Source: Bdellovibrionales bacterium
GTDB taxonomy: Bacteria; Bdellovibrionota; Bdellovibrionia; Bdellovibrionales; UBA1609
NCBI GenBank assembly: GCA_965203095.1
Contig: OZ241877.1
Location: 1,440,001 to 1,504,000, forward strand
Reading direction: 5' to 3'
DNA: 64,000 bases
The position numbers and the translations under genes were made by a program. The notes beneath the pieces were generated by a model. The model saw only the letters and a list, made by a program, of their open reading frames with translations. It searched no databases and was not told where the DNA came from. Shown piece by piece: positions 37,770 through 49,290 of the stretch (position 1 is the first letter of the stretch; the number at the start of each line of letters is the position of its first letter).

Positions 37770-39617
37770 ATGGAAGAAAACGGTAAAAAAACACAACTCA
37801 GCTGGATCACTTCTGCAGGAATTGTAGGGGCAGATATTGGCACTTCGGTATTTTACAGCACAGGGATACTGTTCCCCATTGTGGGTTATTTTGCCCCTCT
37901 TTTTGTTTTGATTGTTTGCCTTTCCATGTGGATTTTTAAGAAAACTTATGAGGAAGGCTTAGCTATGTCCCCCAGGAATGGGGGGGCTTACTCCATGATT
38001 TTGAGAACTATGGGGCGAAGGGCGGCGGTGGCCGCTGGAGCTTTAACTTTTGTCTCTTACTTGGCCACTTCAGCAGTCAGCTCCCTTGCGGGGAGTTATT
38101 ATATATGCTCCCTGTTTGGTTCAGATATATCTTTAACTGCTGTGGTTTTGTTGTCTTTTGTTCCGATTTTATTTTTTGGTTTTTTAAACACCAAAGGCAT
38201 TAAAGAGCCGGCAAAAATCGTCACAGGCATTGCTGGTTTTCATTTTGTTTTTCTTTTTGTGATAGGGATATGGGGCTTGATTTATCTTTTATTTCATTTT
38301 CAAGACTTGAATTTGTCCAAATTTTTCACTGTTTTACCAGGGGGGCAGTCCTTCAGTTGGCCACTTTTAGCTTATGGTTTTTCCGCGGCTTTTTTAGGTA
38401 TTACTGGATTTGAATCCGCGGCACAAATTATCGAGTCTATGAAACAGCCTCAAATCAAAACTTTGGAAAAGCTTTATCGCACTGTCATTTTGGCAGTATC
38501 TTTTACAGCACCACTAATCTCTTTTATGTGTTTAGCCCTTTTGACACCGGAGGAAGTGGATCAAAACATCAACCATCTTTTGTCTGGTTTGACTTATAAA
38601 ATAGGTGGGAACCCTTTAAAAACGGTTTTAGTTATAAACGCCGGACTCACCCTTTTTGCCGCCAGCAATACAGCCCTTGTGGGCTTTGTGGGTTTGGCCG
38701 CTACAATGGCAAAAAACGGGAATCTCCCTCAATTTTTTTTAAAAAGGATCTCTCATAAATATCCCTCCATGGAGGGTTATCCTTATATCATTTTGCCTTT
38801 TATGCTGATCACAATGGGAATGTCGGCTTTAGTGGCGGGCGAAGTTCAAATCGCCGCGAAAGTTTATGGTATGGCCTTTCTTGGGGTTATGGTCAGCTTT
38901 GCTATAGGTGCTCTTTTAATGCGGAACAAGGGTTTTAGAAAATCCACTCCAATGGAATATTTATCTAAAAGACATATTGTTTATAGGGGGAAAATTTTGC
39001 CTTTGCCCTCCCTTTTAACAGCTTTCATATTGGGTTTTTCTTTTTTGGTTTTAATTGTGTATGCTAACTCTCAAGAGCTTTTTATGTTGACTTTTTTGTT
39101 GGCTGTCACTTCTCTTTTAATGGCTTTTTACCGATGGACTATTTTAGAAAAACGGCTGATGAGCCATTCTGATTTAAGGTTGGGCTTAGGCAAATATGCC
39201 CGGCAGTCCATATCAGAACTGCCGGACAATTTAGAAAAATATATCTTGTGTGTGGGGGCCGCTAAAACCCGAAGGCTGATTTTTAACACCTTGCAGAGGA
39301 TTAAAAGAACACGAAAAGGCCAGCCTTTTGAGTTGATTTTGTTTTATGCTGAAGATGAGGACATGGACGATAGTGAGATTTTTTATGAGCTTTTACAAAG
39401 GGTGGTTTCTCAACAGATTGCCCCCATTATAAAAAATGATCTGATTTTAACAGTAAAAATTTTACCGGGAAGTCTGATCGATGGTTTAAGTGCTCTTAAA
39501 AAAAGCATCCCATTTAATGAATTATTTTTTGGTGTAGGGCATGATCCCGCACACACTTACGAATTGAAAGAGGATATTTCTAAAGAGTTGGAAATATCCA
39601 TTACCAGCATCTATTGA
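37770..39617 (+). CDS. APC-superfamily permease with soluble C-terminal domain
   Basis: GIVGADIGTSVFY, GGAY, GITGFES; about 12 hydrophobic segments. Confidence 0.85.
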   Translation: MEENGKKTQLSWITSAGIVGADIGTSVFYSTGILFPIVGYFAPLFVLIVCLSMWIFKKTYEEGLAMSPRNGGAYSMILRTMGRRAAVAAGALTFVSYLATSAVSSLAGSYYICSLFGSDISLTAVVLLSFVPILFFGFLNTKGIKEPAKIVTGIAGFHFVFLFVIGIWGLIYLLFHFQDLNLSKFFTVLPGGQSFSWPLLAYGFSAAFLGITGFESAAQIIESMKQPQIKTLEKLYRTVILAVSFTAPLISFMCLALLTPEEVDQNINHLLSGLTYKIGGNPLKTVLVINAGLTLFAASNTALVGFVGLAATMAKNGNLPQFFLKRISHKYPSMEGYPYIILPFMLITMGMSALVAGEVQIAAKVYGMAFLGVMVSFAIGALLMRNKGFRKSTPMEYLSKRHIVYRGKILPLPSLLTAFILGFSFLVLIVYANSQELFMLTFLLAVTSLLMAFYRWTILEKRLMSHSDLRLGLGKYARQSISELPDNLEKYILCVGAAKTRRLIFNTLQRIKRTRKGQPFELILFYAEDEDMDDSEIFYELLQRVVSQQIAPIIKNDLILTVKILPGSLIDGLSALKKSIPFNELFFGVGHDPAHTYELKEDISKELEISITSIY

Positions 39618-39671
39618 CGATTGTAAAATGGGCTTGAGACTTGTTTTTTTTAAAACTTAAGTTTCCAGTGC

Positions 39672-42600
39672 TTATAGCTTTTTTTCAAGAGAGGATTTCA
39701 TGAGTAGAGGTTGAACTTGATGAAAAAAGCTGGTTAAACTCTGGTTAAGCTCAAAAACAATAGAATAGATCAAATAGGGCCAAGGTTGTTCATTTTTATC
39801 AAACATAGTGAGATTGTTTTCTAAAAAAGAAATCGCCCCATAGTGATCCCATGAGGGGATAGAGTGGGATAAAACATAAGACAAAATAGCATCCGGAGGC
39901 ATTAAAACAGGCAAGCCAGAACTCTGGTTTTTCAAGATGAGAAAGCGATCTCCGTTTTCTCCAAACTGATTTTTTAAAAACTCTTTTCCCTCTTCTTGAT
40001 AGCCTCTATCTAATTCCTTAAGTAAAGATTCATCGAGGGAATAAAAATAAGATTTTTTATCTTCCTTAAAGCTGTTGTGGTAAGACTGCAAAAGGGACAG
40101 GACTTCCCACTGCATTTTCTCAAAACCTGCAAGATCAAAGCCTTCCCAATCATAAAAAGATATCTGGTTTAAGGTCTTGCCACTACTCACCTCAACCTGC
40201 CCATTTAGACCTTCTAATCCCAAAGGTAGAGGATTATCACCTAAAGGAAGAATAGTTTTGAGCACATTCAGCCAATAATTCATTTGAAATAGAGCTATCT
40301 CCAAACCGGAAACTTCCCCTGAAAAGGAGGACAGATCAAAAAATATTCTGTTCCAACTGTAATAAGAACCAAAATCGGAAAGAGAGCTGTTTAAATTTAA
40401 AGGATTGTCTTTATTGATTATATTTTTATAATAATTATTGGTAAGAAGTTCTAAACTGTTGGCAAGTTTATGACCTGTATTCTGGATCTGATCTTGAGAA
40501 AGTTTTTTAAAATGAGACAACAGTTGTTTGACAGAAGAGTAATTTGTTTTTAAAAAATCCTCTATGGCGAGATAAAGATTTTCATAACTTTTTCTCTGCT
40601 TTTTGACCGGCCGGTGGAAAAGTATGTTGTGAAACTCCTCTTGGCTCTCTTCCACAAGATAAGACTCGTTAGAAGAACTTTCACAAAATTCTGAGAGAGC
40701 TTCAAACTGATGGCTTGTAAAGTTATAAATTGACATTTCTGATAAAGGGAAAAACTTTGGTGTCACAAAAGAGGCAGAGTGGGGGCCTCCGCACAAAAGA
40801 TTTCTAAAAAACAAATAGTAGTTGGAAGAAAGATTCAAATGCTCCTGTAGGCCATTGATCTCATCCGAATCCAAATAGGCTTTATTGGCGTCTAAGGCTT
40901 TTTTTGGGGAAAGGAAATAAGCCTCCCCTTTTTTATGAGTCTCTATCAGGGCGATTAAAGGCAAAATGGGTTGAAGAGCTGTCTGCATGAAAAGCTTATC
41001 TTCGTTTTCCTCTAATGAATGATGAGTGGAGATCATTTCCGGCACAAAAGGCTCTTTTAAGGTAGGAAGGGGAACTGTTTGAGGGCCATTAGATAGGCTT
41101 TTCAAAAGGTAAATACCAGTGCTCAAAAGTTTAATAGTTGAAATCTGTTGTAATTGTTGTTCGGAGTCAAAAAAGTGGAGGCAGGACTGGTATTCCTCTG
41201 ACTGCTGAGGGTAGTGAAAGGTGCATAACTCTTCTATCTCAGAGGGGGTCGGCTCAAAGCAGTGATTGAACAACAAAGCCTGATCCTCATTATTTTTATG
41301 ATCAGGAAAGCTACTGGAGCAATAATCCGTTTTAAATTTTAAAATTTCCTCTTTTGTCCAGTAAGATAAGCTGTCCTCATTCAATCCGGCCTTTATCAAA
41401 CTTTTAGCTATCTGAAACCTCTCCATATCAGACAAATTTTGAATAGAGTAATTGGGATCGGGGGAAAAGACTTCATCCAGATCCTTTCCCACATAGAGCA
41501 TAAAATTTTTACTTGGAGCTTGTCCTCTCCTTAAAGAGATTTCTATCCAGTTTTTATCTATTAACCGAGCTGTTTCATAAATGAGTTGGTGATTAAATTC
41601 TTGTAAAATATAAAAATTTTCGTTTTGGCAAAAATCACTGTAAATAATGAGATTCTTTTTCACTTGAGGGCAATATTTTTCTTTAAAAAGAGCTGGTTTT
41701 GAGATGAGTTGGCTGAGGGAGAAACTGGCGGGCCTGTTCAACTCATCCCAAGGCTTCATTTCGCGATCAGCTTTACTTTCCGGATCCCAGGGCCAAAGGC
41801 TTTGCATGTCGGTCTCTATTCCATAGTTAAAGTGGGAAAGGGTGAAAAGATCAGTTAACAGCTGGATAGAACCCTCGTAAGGAAGAAAGAGTTGATTTAA
41901 CTGCCGAGTCCACAAATAAGCCGACTGAATATGAGATTGGCCCTTAACCTGGATCCACTGTTGAAATTGATGGCCAATTCTCTTAGCTTTGTTGACAAAA
42001 TTTAATATCCCTTCTTCAGAAGGCAAAAGCCATTCAGAACTGTCCTGATCCAGGCTATGCATATAGGTCATTAAGTCATTTTTTAAACCTACAGCAGTCA
42101 GATGCTCCTTAATGGGCTGGCCGATCCACTCATCTAACACCTTGTGCAACTCCATAAACAAAAACAGATGGGCAAAAAAACCAATATAACCGCTGGCCCT
42201 TAAGCCTATAATTTTGGCCACTCGAATAAGAGCATTGGAACCCAAAGCTGTCCAACGGATCGCAGTTAAAACATAATTTAAAATTTTGTGGGATAGCACT
42301 CCTGATCCTACCAATGTAGCAATATCCACTGCATAATGTTTCCATTTGCCTGAGCTGGTCCATTGGAGATAAGAGCTTTCACAAGGGTCAATATGAAGGG
42401 GTATAGAGCTTTTTTTATTAGAGTAAAGTTCTTTAATGCACTGGTGTAAGTCTTTATCCTGAAAAAGCTCTTCAAAAAGGGTGACGATAAAAAAGGCTGT
42501 TCCTAATGCCACTCCTGGCGCCAATGATTTGCTATATTTGCCGTTAAAGTGGATAGGGCCTAATGCTCGGCCATCCATCCATCGCCCCAAGCCATATAAA

Positions 42601-43967
42601 CGATAATGAGTTTTTTGGATGATGGATACAAATATAAAGAAACTTATAGCCCCTGAAGGTGTAAGTGTGTGGCTGAGTGTTTCTGAAAGCAGGCCCGGAT
42701 TCCTGTCCGCCCCATAAAAATGAGGGTCGGTAAGGGACTCTCTGTAAATAGAAGCCCCTATAGCTGTTTGAAAGATAATAAACTGAGCAGGAAAGCTCTT
42801 TAAAAAAGCCATACTGAAAGGGTGGCTGGCTCTTTCTAAGTTCCTGTAGTGTTGATCGTCAAAAATTTGTTTAATTTCCCTCAAGGCTTTTAAAATTTTG
42901 TTGTCTTTCATATAGATAGGGCCTGTTCCGGAGCGAAATTCTAAAAGAAGATCTCCCACAGGATGGCTTTCGCGTCCTGAAAGAGATAGCTTAAGACCAT
43001 CTAAATAACCCCTTAAAAGGAAGTCATGGTGGGCCCGTTCCGGAAGACCTAAGGCAGAGAGTATTTTCCTCAAAAGGCGAATGTCTTTTCGCTCTTGTTT
43101 TTTAAAAGCTCTCAGCTCTTTTATCTCCTCTAAGCTCAAAGTCTCTTTATCATTTTGTTTTTGCAAAAGCTCTGTGTATCTTTTTTGTTGTTTGATGAAG
43201 AGGCTCCGGTTTTGATTGAAAAAGGAAAAATTGTGAAACAACTCAATGGCTCGTCTCTCCGCAGGGGAACTGTCTTCCGTTAGGTATCTCTCTCGAATAT
43301 TCTCTATAAAATCCTGAAGGGCCGTTTGCAAAAACTCTTGGTTTTTAAAGTTTTTATCTTCCCAAAAATCTTTTCCGCCTAAAGATTCAATGTAAAAGCT
43401 CTGTAGGATTCTTATATGGGTGGAGCTGTTCATTTTTTTTGGGATTTTTACCTCTTTAAAAAGCTCTCTTAAAGCCGATTCAGCCAGTTTTTTTGATTGT
43501 TTCACAGAGGCTGGTGGAAGAGATGAGTTTTGCAAAATAAGAATTTGGCGGATCAAGGTTTGAAAAAGATGAACCGCTTTTGTGGAATAGAGGGGCCTGT
43601 TCCCCTGACTTTCCCCTCGGCCATAGATGTCTTTAAACACTTCAGAGAAACTGTTGTCGTGGTTTTTAGTTCCGCCGGTTTCTGTCCAGTTGTCATGGCC
43701 AAAATCGTCATATTGCCTTCTTTTAACAGGATCTCTTAGCACACTGTAGGCTTCGTTGATTTTTGTTGTCATTTCGTGAGCCCCTGGCTCTTTATTGTGA
43801 TCAGGATGATATTTAAAAATCAGCCGGCGATGGGCTTTTTTAATTTCCTCTAAAGTGGCTTTTTTGTTCACTCCTAAAATTTCATAATAATTTTTAGGAT
43901 CTTTTTCAGTTAGGCCCTGGGGAGCGAACAAAATTCCTGAAAAAAGCAAAAAACAAATTTTAAACAA
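39672..43967 (-). CDS. Giant (~1430 aa) protein: signal peptide + DnaJ domain + hydrophobic segments + unknown region
   Basis: TTG 43967 with [15 protein letters not shown]...KYHPDHN...[15 protein letters not shown]; the ORF-track 5' extension lies in a repeat. Confidence 0.8.
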   Translation of the reverse strand: MFKICFLLFSGILFAPQGLTEKDPKNYYEILGVNKKATLEEIKKAHRRLIFKYHPDHNKEPGAHEMTTKINEAYSVLRDPVKRRQYDDFGHDNWTETGGTKNHDNSFSEVFKDIYGRGESQGNRPLYSTKAVHLFQTLIRQILILQNSSLPPASVKQSKKLAESALRELFKEVKIPKKMNSSTHIRILQSFYIESLGGKDFWEDKNFKNQEFLQTALQDFIENIRERYLTEDSSPAERRAIELFHNFSFFNQNRSLFIKQQKRYTELLQKQNDKETLSLEEIKELRAFKKQERKDIRLLRKILSALGLPERAHHDFLLRGYLDGLKLSLSGRESHPVGDLLLEFRSGTGPIYMKDNKILKALREIKQIFDDQHYRNLERASHPFSMAFLKSFPAQFIIFQTAIGASIYRESLTDPHFYGADRNPGLLSETLSHTLTPSGAISFFIFVSIIQKTHYRLYGLGRWMDGRALGPIHFNGKYSKSLAPGVALGTAFFIVTLFEELFQDKDLHQCIKELYSNKKSSIPLHIDPCESSYLQWTSSGKWKHYAVDIATLVGSGVLSHKILNYVLTAIRWTALGSNALIRVAKIIGLRASGYIGFFAHLFLFMELHKVLDEWIGQPIKEHLTAVGLKNDLMTYMHSLDQDSSEWLLPSEEGILNFVNKAKRIGHQFQQWIQVKGQSHIQSAYLWTRQLNQLFLPYEGSIQLLTDLFTLSHFNYGIETDMQSLWPWDPESKADREMKPWDELNRPASFSLSQLISKPALFKEKYCPQVKKNLIIYSDFCQNENFYILQEFNHQLIYETARLIDKNWIEISLRRGQAPSKNFMLYVGKDLDEVFSPDPNYSIQNLSDMERFQIAKSLIKAGLNEDSLSYWTKEEILKFKTDYCSSSFPDHKNNEDQALLFNHCFEPTPSEIEELCTFHYPQQSEEYQSCLHFFDSEQQLQQISTIKLLSTGIYLLKSLSNGPQTVPLPTLKEPFVPEMISTHHSLEENEDKLFMQTALQPILPLIALIETHKKGEAYFLSPKKALDANKAYLDSDEINGLQEHLNLSSNYYLFFRNLLCGGPHSASFVTPKFFPLSEMSIYNFTSHQFEALSEFCESSSNESYLVEESQEEFHNILFHRPVKKQRKSYENLYLAIEDFLKTNYSSVKQLLSHFKKLSQDQIQNTGHKLANSLELLTNNYYKNIINKDNPLNLNSSLSDFGSYYSWNRIFFDLSSFSGEVSGLEIALFQMNYWLNVLKTILPLGDNPLPLGLEGLNGQVEVSSGKTLNQISFYDWEGFDLAGFEKMQWEVLSLLQSYHNSFKEDKKSYFYSLDESLLKELDRGYQEEGKEFLKNQFGENGDRFLILKNQSSGLPVLMPPDAILSYVLSHSIPSWDHYGAISFLENNLTMFDKNEQPWPYLIYSIVFELNQSLTSFFHQVQPLLMKSSLEKKL

Positions 43968-44003
43968 AGCGATTCCTTTTTGTTTGTTGAAAAAAACTTT
44001 AAT

Positions 44004-44141
44004 TAATCCTCCGTGAAAAACATCTGTCCCTTTATCGCATAAGCAAAAGTCAGCGGTGAGGGGCCGAGGTATTTTTACCGCGAACAAGCTGGATTTTTGC
44101 TTATGCGATCCATTAAATGTAGCCTTTTTCACAGGCGACTA
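44004..44141. mobile_element. Complete family-A palindromic MITE (138 bp)
   Basis: TAATCCTCCGTGAAAAA...ATCGCATAAGCAAAAGTCAGC / GCTGGATTTTTGCTTATGCGAT...TTTTTCACAGGCGACTA. Confidence 0.75.
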
Positions 44142-44334
44142 ATTTAAAGTGCTTATATGAAAGCTTATGATTTTTGAAAGCAATCATAATGAGGCTGTTA
44201 TAAATTAAGGGATTTTGTCTTTTTTTTCAATAAAGACGGGGTATTAAAGAGCTGTTAAGGAATGGATTTTACAAAAGCTTAAAAAAACTGTTTAAAAAAT
44301 AAACAGGTTAAATAAAAATATTTCAAAAAAACAC

Positions 44335-44448
44335 TTGACTTTTAGTGGCCACCGGCCAATAATAGCTATGAATTATCTACTAATTGGTAGGTAAAACTTC
44401 TTTTGTTTGGTTTATTCATTCAGCCCGATCCTTCCGGGCTGTTTGTTT
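44335..44448 (+). ncRNA. Candidate small RNA copy 2, including its promoter (RNA ~44369-44448)
   Basis: TTGACT-17-AATAAT, hairpin TTATCTAC/GTAGGTAA, U-rich linker, CAGCCCG-ATCCTTC-CGGGCTG-TTTGTTT. Confidence 0.55.
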
Positions 44449-44490
44449 ATGCGATCTATTAAGGTGGTTTTTTTATGTAAAGAAGACGAC

Positions 44491-44567
44491 GGCGGTCGTA
44501 GCTTAGTTGGTAGAGCGCCAGATTGTGGTTCTGGATGTCGCGGGTTCAAGTCCCGTCGATCGCCCCA
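44491..44567 (+). tRNA. tRNA-His(GTG) with encoded G-1 and CCA
   Basis: G-GCGGTCG...CCAGA-TTGTGGT-TCTGG...TTCAAGT...CGATCGC-C-CCA. Confidence 0.96.
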
Positions 44568-45044
44568 TTTTTTCAAGTTTATCAAAAAGTTTTTGGCTTA
44601 AAATGGGCCTTGTTGATTAAACTGGCACTATCTCCCACAGCTTTTATTACAAATAAGCCCTTTTCCTCCGATAAAACATGAGCTTTGCCTTCACTTTTTA
44701 AATAAGCTACAGCTCCATATAGAGATCTGTCCTTATATTCTGGGAAATAAGTCTTAAAAATGTCATGAACCTAAGTTTTTTTGTGTTTCTCGGACAAGCT
44801 TCCATACTTTCTCTAAAGAGGGAACAGTGGATTTATTGCTCTTTTTTATGAGATTATCGGCAGGATTCAAAATATTTTTTTAAAAATAGGGTTTTAAGCT
44901 TAAGTTTGTCTTCATAATAGACGATAAATTTTTTGGATGATGTTTTTTTGCTGTGGTAGGCCATTGCCTAAAAAAAGTGGTTTTAGTGGCCTTATTTTTT
45001 AAGAGTAAAGGATCAAAAATAAATTTTTAAGGATCAATGTTATA

Positions 45045-45563
45045 ATGAAAGAAGAAAAGACCAATCCCTCCTTCCCCATTCCTAAGGAAAAGCCCAAAAG
45101 CATTATAGAAGATTTTTTGTCGCATGCACGGCAACTGTCCCTCCTCAAAAAAGATTCCGCAGAGAAGATCACCCTCCTTCAAAACCATGACAAAAAAACT
45201 CTTTCATTTTACGAATCAGATATTGACAAAATTTTAGATAGAAAAGACGGCAAAGGAGAGGCTTTTTTGCAAGTGAATTTTAAAAATGGCAAAAAAATTC
45301 TTTTAACTAATGAGTTTATTGGCTTTTCTCCTGTTGAATGTGGGGAGATCCCCAAAGGCAAGCTACCAAAGGTGGTCACTACAGCTGATCTTTTAAGTGT
45401 GATAGAGGCTATTGAAAGCTCTCTTTATGGGACAGATCAGTATCAAGAGAGCTTACAAGATGTTCAGCTTTTTTTTGAAGCCATAGCCAGTGGGGCTGAG
45501 GCCATTGGTTTTAGCCTAACGGGGGAGCGGCTTTGGGTAGAAAGGCTTTTCCCTAAAACCTAA
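45045..45563 (+). CDS. Hypothetical protein
   Basis: 172-aa ORF with normal composition, co-oriented with downstream genes. Confidence 0.7.
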   Translation: MKEEKTNPSFPIPKEKPKSIIEDFLSHARQLSLLKKDSAEKITLLQNHDKKTLSFYESDIDKILDRKDGKGEAFLQVNFKNGKKILLTNEFIGFSPVECGEIPKGKLPKVVTTADLLSVIEAIESSLYGTDQYQESLQDVQLFFEAIASGAEAIGFSLTGERLWVERLFPKT

Positions 45564-45567
45564 CATT

Positions 45568-45807
45568 GTGAAATCGATACCTATCATTGATCTCCATGGA
45601 CGAGAGGAAGACGAGGTTTTTGATCTCTTAGATCGCTTTATCCGTCATAATAAAAATCAGAAAAGAATCAAAATCATCACAGGCAAAGGTCAAGGTGTTA
45701 TTCAAAAAAAAACTCTGGAATATTTAAAAATGGCCCATTGCACTTGGAAATACGAAAATGCCATAGGAGTAATTAACAAAGGGGCTATTCTTGTAGATAT
45801 TTTATAA
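45568..45807 (+). CDS. Stand-alone Smr/MutS2 C-terminal domain protein
   Basis: IDLHG, IITGKG.G, N.GA. Confidence 0.85.
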   Translation: MKSIPIIDLHGREEDEVFDLLDRFIRHNKNQKRIKIITGKGQGVIQKKTLEYLKMAHCTWKYENAIGVINKGAILVDIL

Positions 45808-45949
45808 AACTGAGCTTGATTTTTATTTAGACATAATCTACTTTACAACCTGCCGGAAAAGTTATTTAAATAAAAAGCCAATCCATCTATGGGTTTCCTC
45901 TCAGAGAGCTGATTAGGAAAAAGCCCAGAGGGAAAGAGATGAGCACATA

Positions 45950-46519
45950 ATGAATAAAAAAGCCAGTCCCATTTTTCAAATGGAAAAAATTTTTTGGATC
46001 GATATGGAAATGACAGGTTTATCCCCTGAAACGGATGTCATTATTGAGGTGGCCTGCATTATCACAGACAAAAACTTAAAGGAGTTGGAAAGCTATAGCA
46101 ATGTAGTCAAACAGGATCCCAAGCATCTATTGGCTATGGATAAATGGAATCAAAAATGCCATCGGAAATCTGGACTTTATGAATTGGTGCCAAAGGGAAA
46201 GCTTTTGCGAGTAGTGGAGGAGGATCTTTTAAGTTTGCTGGAATCCCATTTTCGAATAGAGGAAAAAGCGGTGCCTGCTGGAAATTGCATCTATCAAGAT
46301 CGGAACTTTATCCGAAAACACATGCCTCAGTTAGACAAAAAGCTTTATTACCGCATGTTGGATGTGACCGCATGGAAGCTCTTTTTTGAAAGGGAAGGTT
46401 TTGTGTTTGAAAAATCCAACCAGCACCGTGCTTTAGAGGACATAAGGGAAAGCATCAAAGAATTTCAATATTACCTCAATAGCTTTTCCCTCAAAAATTC
46501 CCCCTTAAAACAACCATGA
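45950..46519 (+). CDS. orn: Oligoribonuclease
   Basis: WIDMEMTGL, IIEVACIITD, GN....DR.F, YR.LDV, HRALEDIRESI. Confidence 0.96.
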   Translation: MNKKASPIFQMEKIFWIDMEMTGLSPETDVIIEVACIITDKNLKELESYSNVVKQDPKHLLAMDKWNQKCHRKSGLYELVPKGKLLRVVEEDLLSLLESHFRIEEKAVPAGNCIYQDRNFIRKHMPQLDKKLYYRMLDVTAWKLFFEREGFVFEKSNQHRALEDIRESIKEFQYYLNSFSLKNSPLKQP

Positions 46520-46621
46520 ACCTAAAATATTTTAGTCAAAAAAAGGATAAAAGTCCTATTATTTGGGCTTTTTATAAAATGGATTTTATTTTAACCTTTC
46601 TTTATTTATAATTCAGGAAGT

Positions 46622-47338
46622 ATGGCTAAAGGCTATAGTGCAACTCATGTGGGCCACAAAAGGGCCAATAATCAGGATTCCCTTTTAGTGGATGAAGAGC
46701 TATCTCTTTATGCGGTGGCTGACGGTATGGGTGGTCATAGTGGGGGCGAGGTGGCTTCGGCTCTGGCTATTGAAAGCCTTCAAAAATTCTTAAAAGAGGC
46801 TGTCCAAAAAGATGACTTTATGCCAGAAAATTATTTAACAGAGGCTTTTCAAGAGGCCAATTCCCATGTTTTCAACAAAAGTCAGGAAAATAATAAAGAG
46901 CTTATCGGTATGGGGACCACCTTAGTTGTCTGTATGATATGGAAAAATAAGGCTTTTTTTGGAAATGTGGGAGATTCCAGAGCTTATCTGTTTAGGCAGT
47001 CCTACCTTTGGAGAATCACAGAGGATCACTCTGTGCTCAACAACCAGCTAAAAAGAGGGCTAATCGATCAGGAACAAATGCCTTTTTTAGTCAATTCCAA
47101 TGTGATTACGCGAAGTATTGGTTTTTTTCCTGATATTCAGGCCGATATTTTCCAAAAAGAATTGCAGGTGGGAGATATGTTTTTGCTTTGTTCTGACGGA
47201 CTTAATGAAATTTCCGATCAGGAAATCTGCGATCTGGCCAAAAAATACTCTCCAGAGGTTTTGCCCCAAAGATGTCTTGATAAAGTGCTTGACGGCAAAG
47301 GCTTAGATAATATATCCGTAGTGGTGATTGATCCTTAA
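46622..47338 (+). CDS. PP2C-family Ser/Thr phosphatase (Stp1/PrpC-like)
   Basis: R.NNQD, VADGMGGH, GMGTT, NVGDSRAY, LLCSDGL, DN. Confidence 0.95.
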   Translation: MAKGYSATHVGHKRANNQDSLLVDEELSLYAVADGMGGHSGGEVASALAIESLQKFLKEAVQKDDFMPENYLTEAFQEANSHVFNKSQENNKELIGMGTTLVVCMIWKNKAFFGNVGDSRAYLFRQSYLWRITEDHSVLNNQLKRGLIDQEQMPFLVNSNVITRSIGFFPDIQADIFQKELQVGDMFLLCSDGLNEISDQEICDLAKKYSPEVLPQRCLDKVLDGKGLDNISVVVIDP

Positions 47339-47354
47339 TAAAAGCGAGATCATT

Positions 47355-48350
47355 ATGAAAAGAAAGGCATATTGGACATTTATAATTGCTAAAGGCCATT
47401 CCTCCCAGTTGAGGAAAATCACTGTGGGGCAAAATCATATCCGTTGGGCCTTAGGGTTTTTATGCATCGTGTTAGGTTTGATGGTTCTTTTTCTTACAGA
47501 TTATGCCTCTCTTTATGTGGATAAATGGGAGCTGGCCCGTTTAAAAAAAGACAATAGAGCTTGGGAGCAAAAATGGACTCAGGCCAGCAGGCAACTCGAA
47601 GATTTGGAGAAAAAAGTCCATCAGATCAGTGATTTTTCTAAAAAAATTCAACTCATTACCAGTGGGCCTTTAGAGCCGAAGGAAGGGCATAAAGGTTTTG
47701 GGAAGGTTCATTTTAGCCCGGAACTTATGGCTCTTTCCAGCCATAAGTTCAATACCGCACATGATTTAGAAACAGAAAAACAAGAAGAAAGCCCCTATAG
47801 GGTATTGTCTTCCTCTTCATCTCAAGATCTGGAAATGCGGATAGAGGATTTGAAGGGCAAAAGTGAGTGGGTTAAGCAGTCCTCTTGGGCCCTTTACACC
47901 GATCTGTTGGAAAAACAGGATGTTTTTAACAACACCCCTAATATTTTGCCAGTCAAAGGTTGGATATCCTCTCCTTTTGGCTACAGGAATGAGACCATAT
48001 ATGCCGATCATGAGCCTTATTTTCACCATGGAATGGATATTGCCGCTACAGAGGGCAGTCCGGTAGTGGCCACTGCTGATGGAAAAGTCTCTTATACCGG
48101 ATATGACGAGTATGGTTATGGCAATCTCATTGTGATTGACCATGGTTATGGGCTAAAAACCTATTATGCCCATCTTGCAGAGATCAAAACCCACCTTGGC
48201 CAGGCTGTTGAGCGAGGGGATGTAATTGGTGCTGTAGGGAATACGGGGAAAAGCACTGGTGCTCACTTGCACTATGAGATTCGCTTTAATGGGACGGCAC
48301 TCAATCCGGAAAATTATATCTTGACTCAAAATGATCTTTTCATTTACTAA
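47355..48350 (+). CDS. M23-family peptidase with TM segment and coiled coil
   Basis: H.GMD, YGN.IVIDHG, YAHL, GNTGKSTGAHLHYEIR. Confidence 0.93.
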   Translation: MKRKAYWTFIIAKGHSSQLRKITVGQNHIRWALGFLCIVLGLMVLFLTDYASLYVDKWELARLKKDNRAWEQKWTQASRQLEDLEKKVHQISDFSKKIQLITSGPLEPKEGHKGFGKVHFSPELMALSSHKFNTAHDLETEKQEESPYRVLSSSSSQDLEMRIEDLKGKSEWVKQSSWALYTDLLEKQDVFNNTPNILPVKGWISSPFGYRNETIYADHEPYFHHGMDIAATEGSPVVATADGKVSYTGYDEYGYGNLIVIDHGYGLKTYYAHLAEIKTHLGQAVERGDVIGAVGNTGKSTGAHLHYEIRFNGTALNPENYILTQNDLFIY

Positions 48351-48356
48351 GTTTTT

Positions 48357-49223
48357 TTATAGGGAAAAGGGCCTGAAAAAAGCCACAAAGCCCTCGGCCC
48401 ACTCTTTCAAAAAAATATAAAGCAAGGCAGAAAAGGCCAAATAGGGGCCAAAAGGAAAGGGGCTTTGCAAAACTTTTTTATTTTTGTGCAGGAGCAGTCC
48501 TACATTTATCAAACTGCCCACAAAGCAAGCCATCAATATTACAAAAGGCAGAGGGGACCAAGTTAAAACAGCACCAATCCAGGCCATCATTTTTATATCT
48601 CCTCCTCCTAATCCCTCCTTTTTTCTCAACCAATAATAGATGTAGGCAATTACAAATAAAAAACCTCCACCAAAAACAACTCCTAAAAAAGAATCTAAAA
48701 ATAAACGATCGGGGTTGAGCCATGCCCCTACAAGACCAAATACTATGCCAGACAAGGTGAGGGAATCGGGCAAAATCATTTGATCCCCATCAATAAAGCT
48801 GGCCACAGTTAAAGCAAAGGCAAAAACAAGGGCCTCCAATAAAAACCAGTTCCAGCCTATAGCTAAAAACAAGGCAGAAAAAAGCCCTGCCATTAAAAAC
48901 TCCACCACAGGGTAGCGAAAAGAAAAGCTCTTCCCGCAGTTTCTACAAGTTCCTTTCAAAATGAACCAGGAAAGAATGGGGATATTTAAATAAAAAGGAA
49001 TGGCATAAAAACATTGAGGGCAGTGGCTTTTTTTAAAAAGATTTAAAGGCTCTGGCCTTTGCATTCTATAAATTAGAACATTGGCAAAACTCCCCATACA
49101 GGAGCCATATATAAAAAACGTAACCACCATAAACCACTGGGGGGTGAGCAAAATGCCTTCAAACAAGAATAGCTCCTTTTTTACAGGGCCACAAAAGGGA
49201 ACCCAGAAAAACAAGACGGACAA
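48357..49223 (-). CDS. pilD: Prepilin peptidase (A24)
   Basis: GSFANV.IYR, SHCPQC, NIPILSW..LKG.CRNC, ILPD, GGGDIK, PFGPYL; exact start uncertain. Confidence 0.93.
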   Translation of the reverse strand: MSVLFFWVPFCGPVKKELFLFEGILLTPQWFMVVTFFIYGSCMGSFANVLIYRMQRPEPLNLFKKSHCPQCFYAIPFYLNIPILSWFILKGTCRNCGKSFSFRYPVVEFLMAGLFSALFLAIGWNWFLLEALVFAFALTVASFIDGDQMILPDSLTLSGIVFGLVGAWLNPDRLFLDSFLGVVFGGGFLFVIAYIYYWLRKKEGLGGGDIKMMAWIGAVLTWSPLPFVILMACFVGSLINVGLLLHKNKKVLQSPFPFGPYLAFSALLYIFLKEWAEGFVAFFRPFSL

Positions 49224-49290
49224 AAAATATTTTTTCTATTCATTTCAACATGTCAGCTCATATCAAACATAGCTTAAAGTGTCATGGAAA

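Noticed and set aside
44407..44601. 64-aa ORF
   Set aside because: Spans the terminator and tRNA-His; non-coding explanation is stronger
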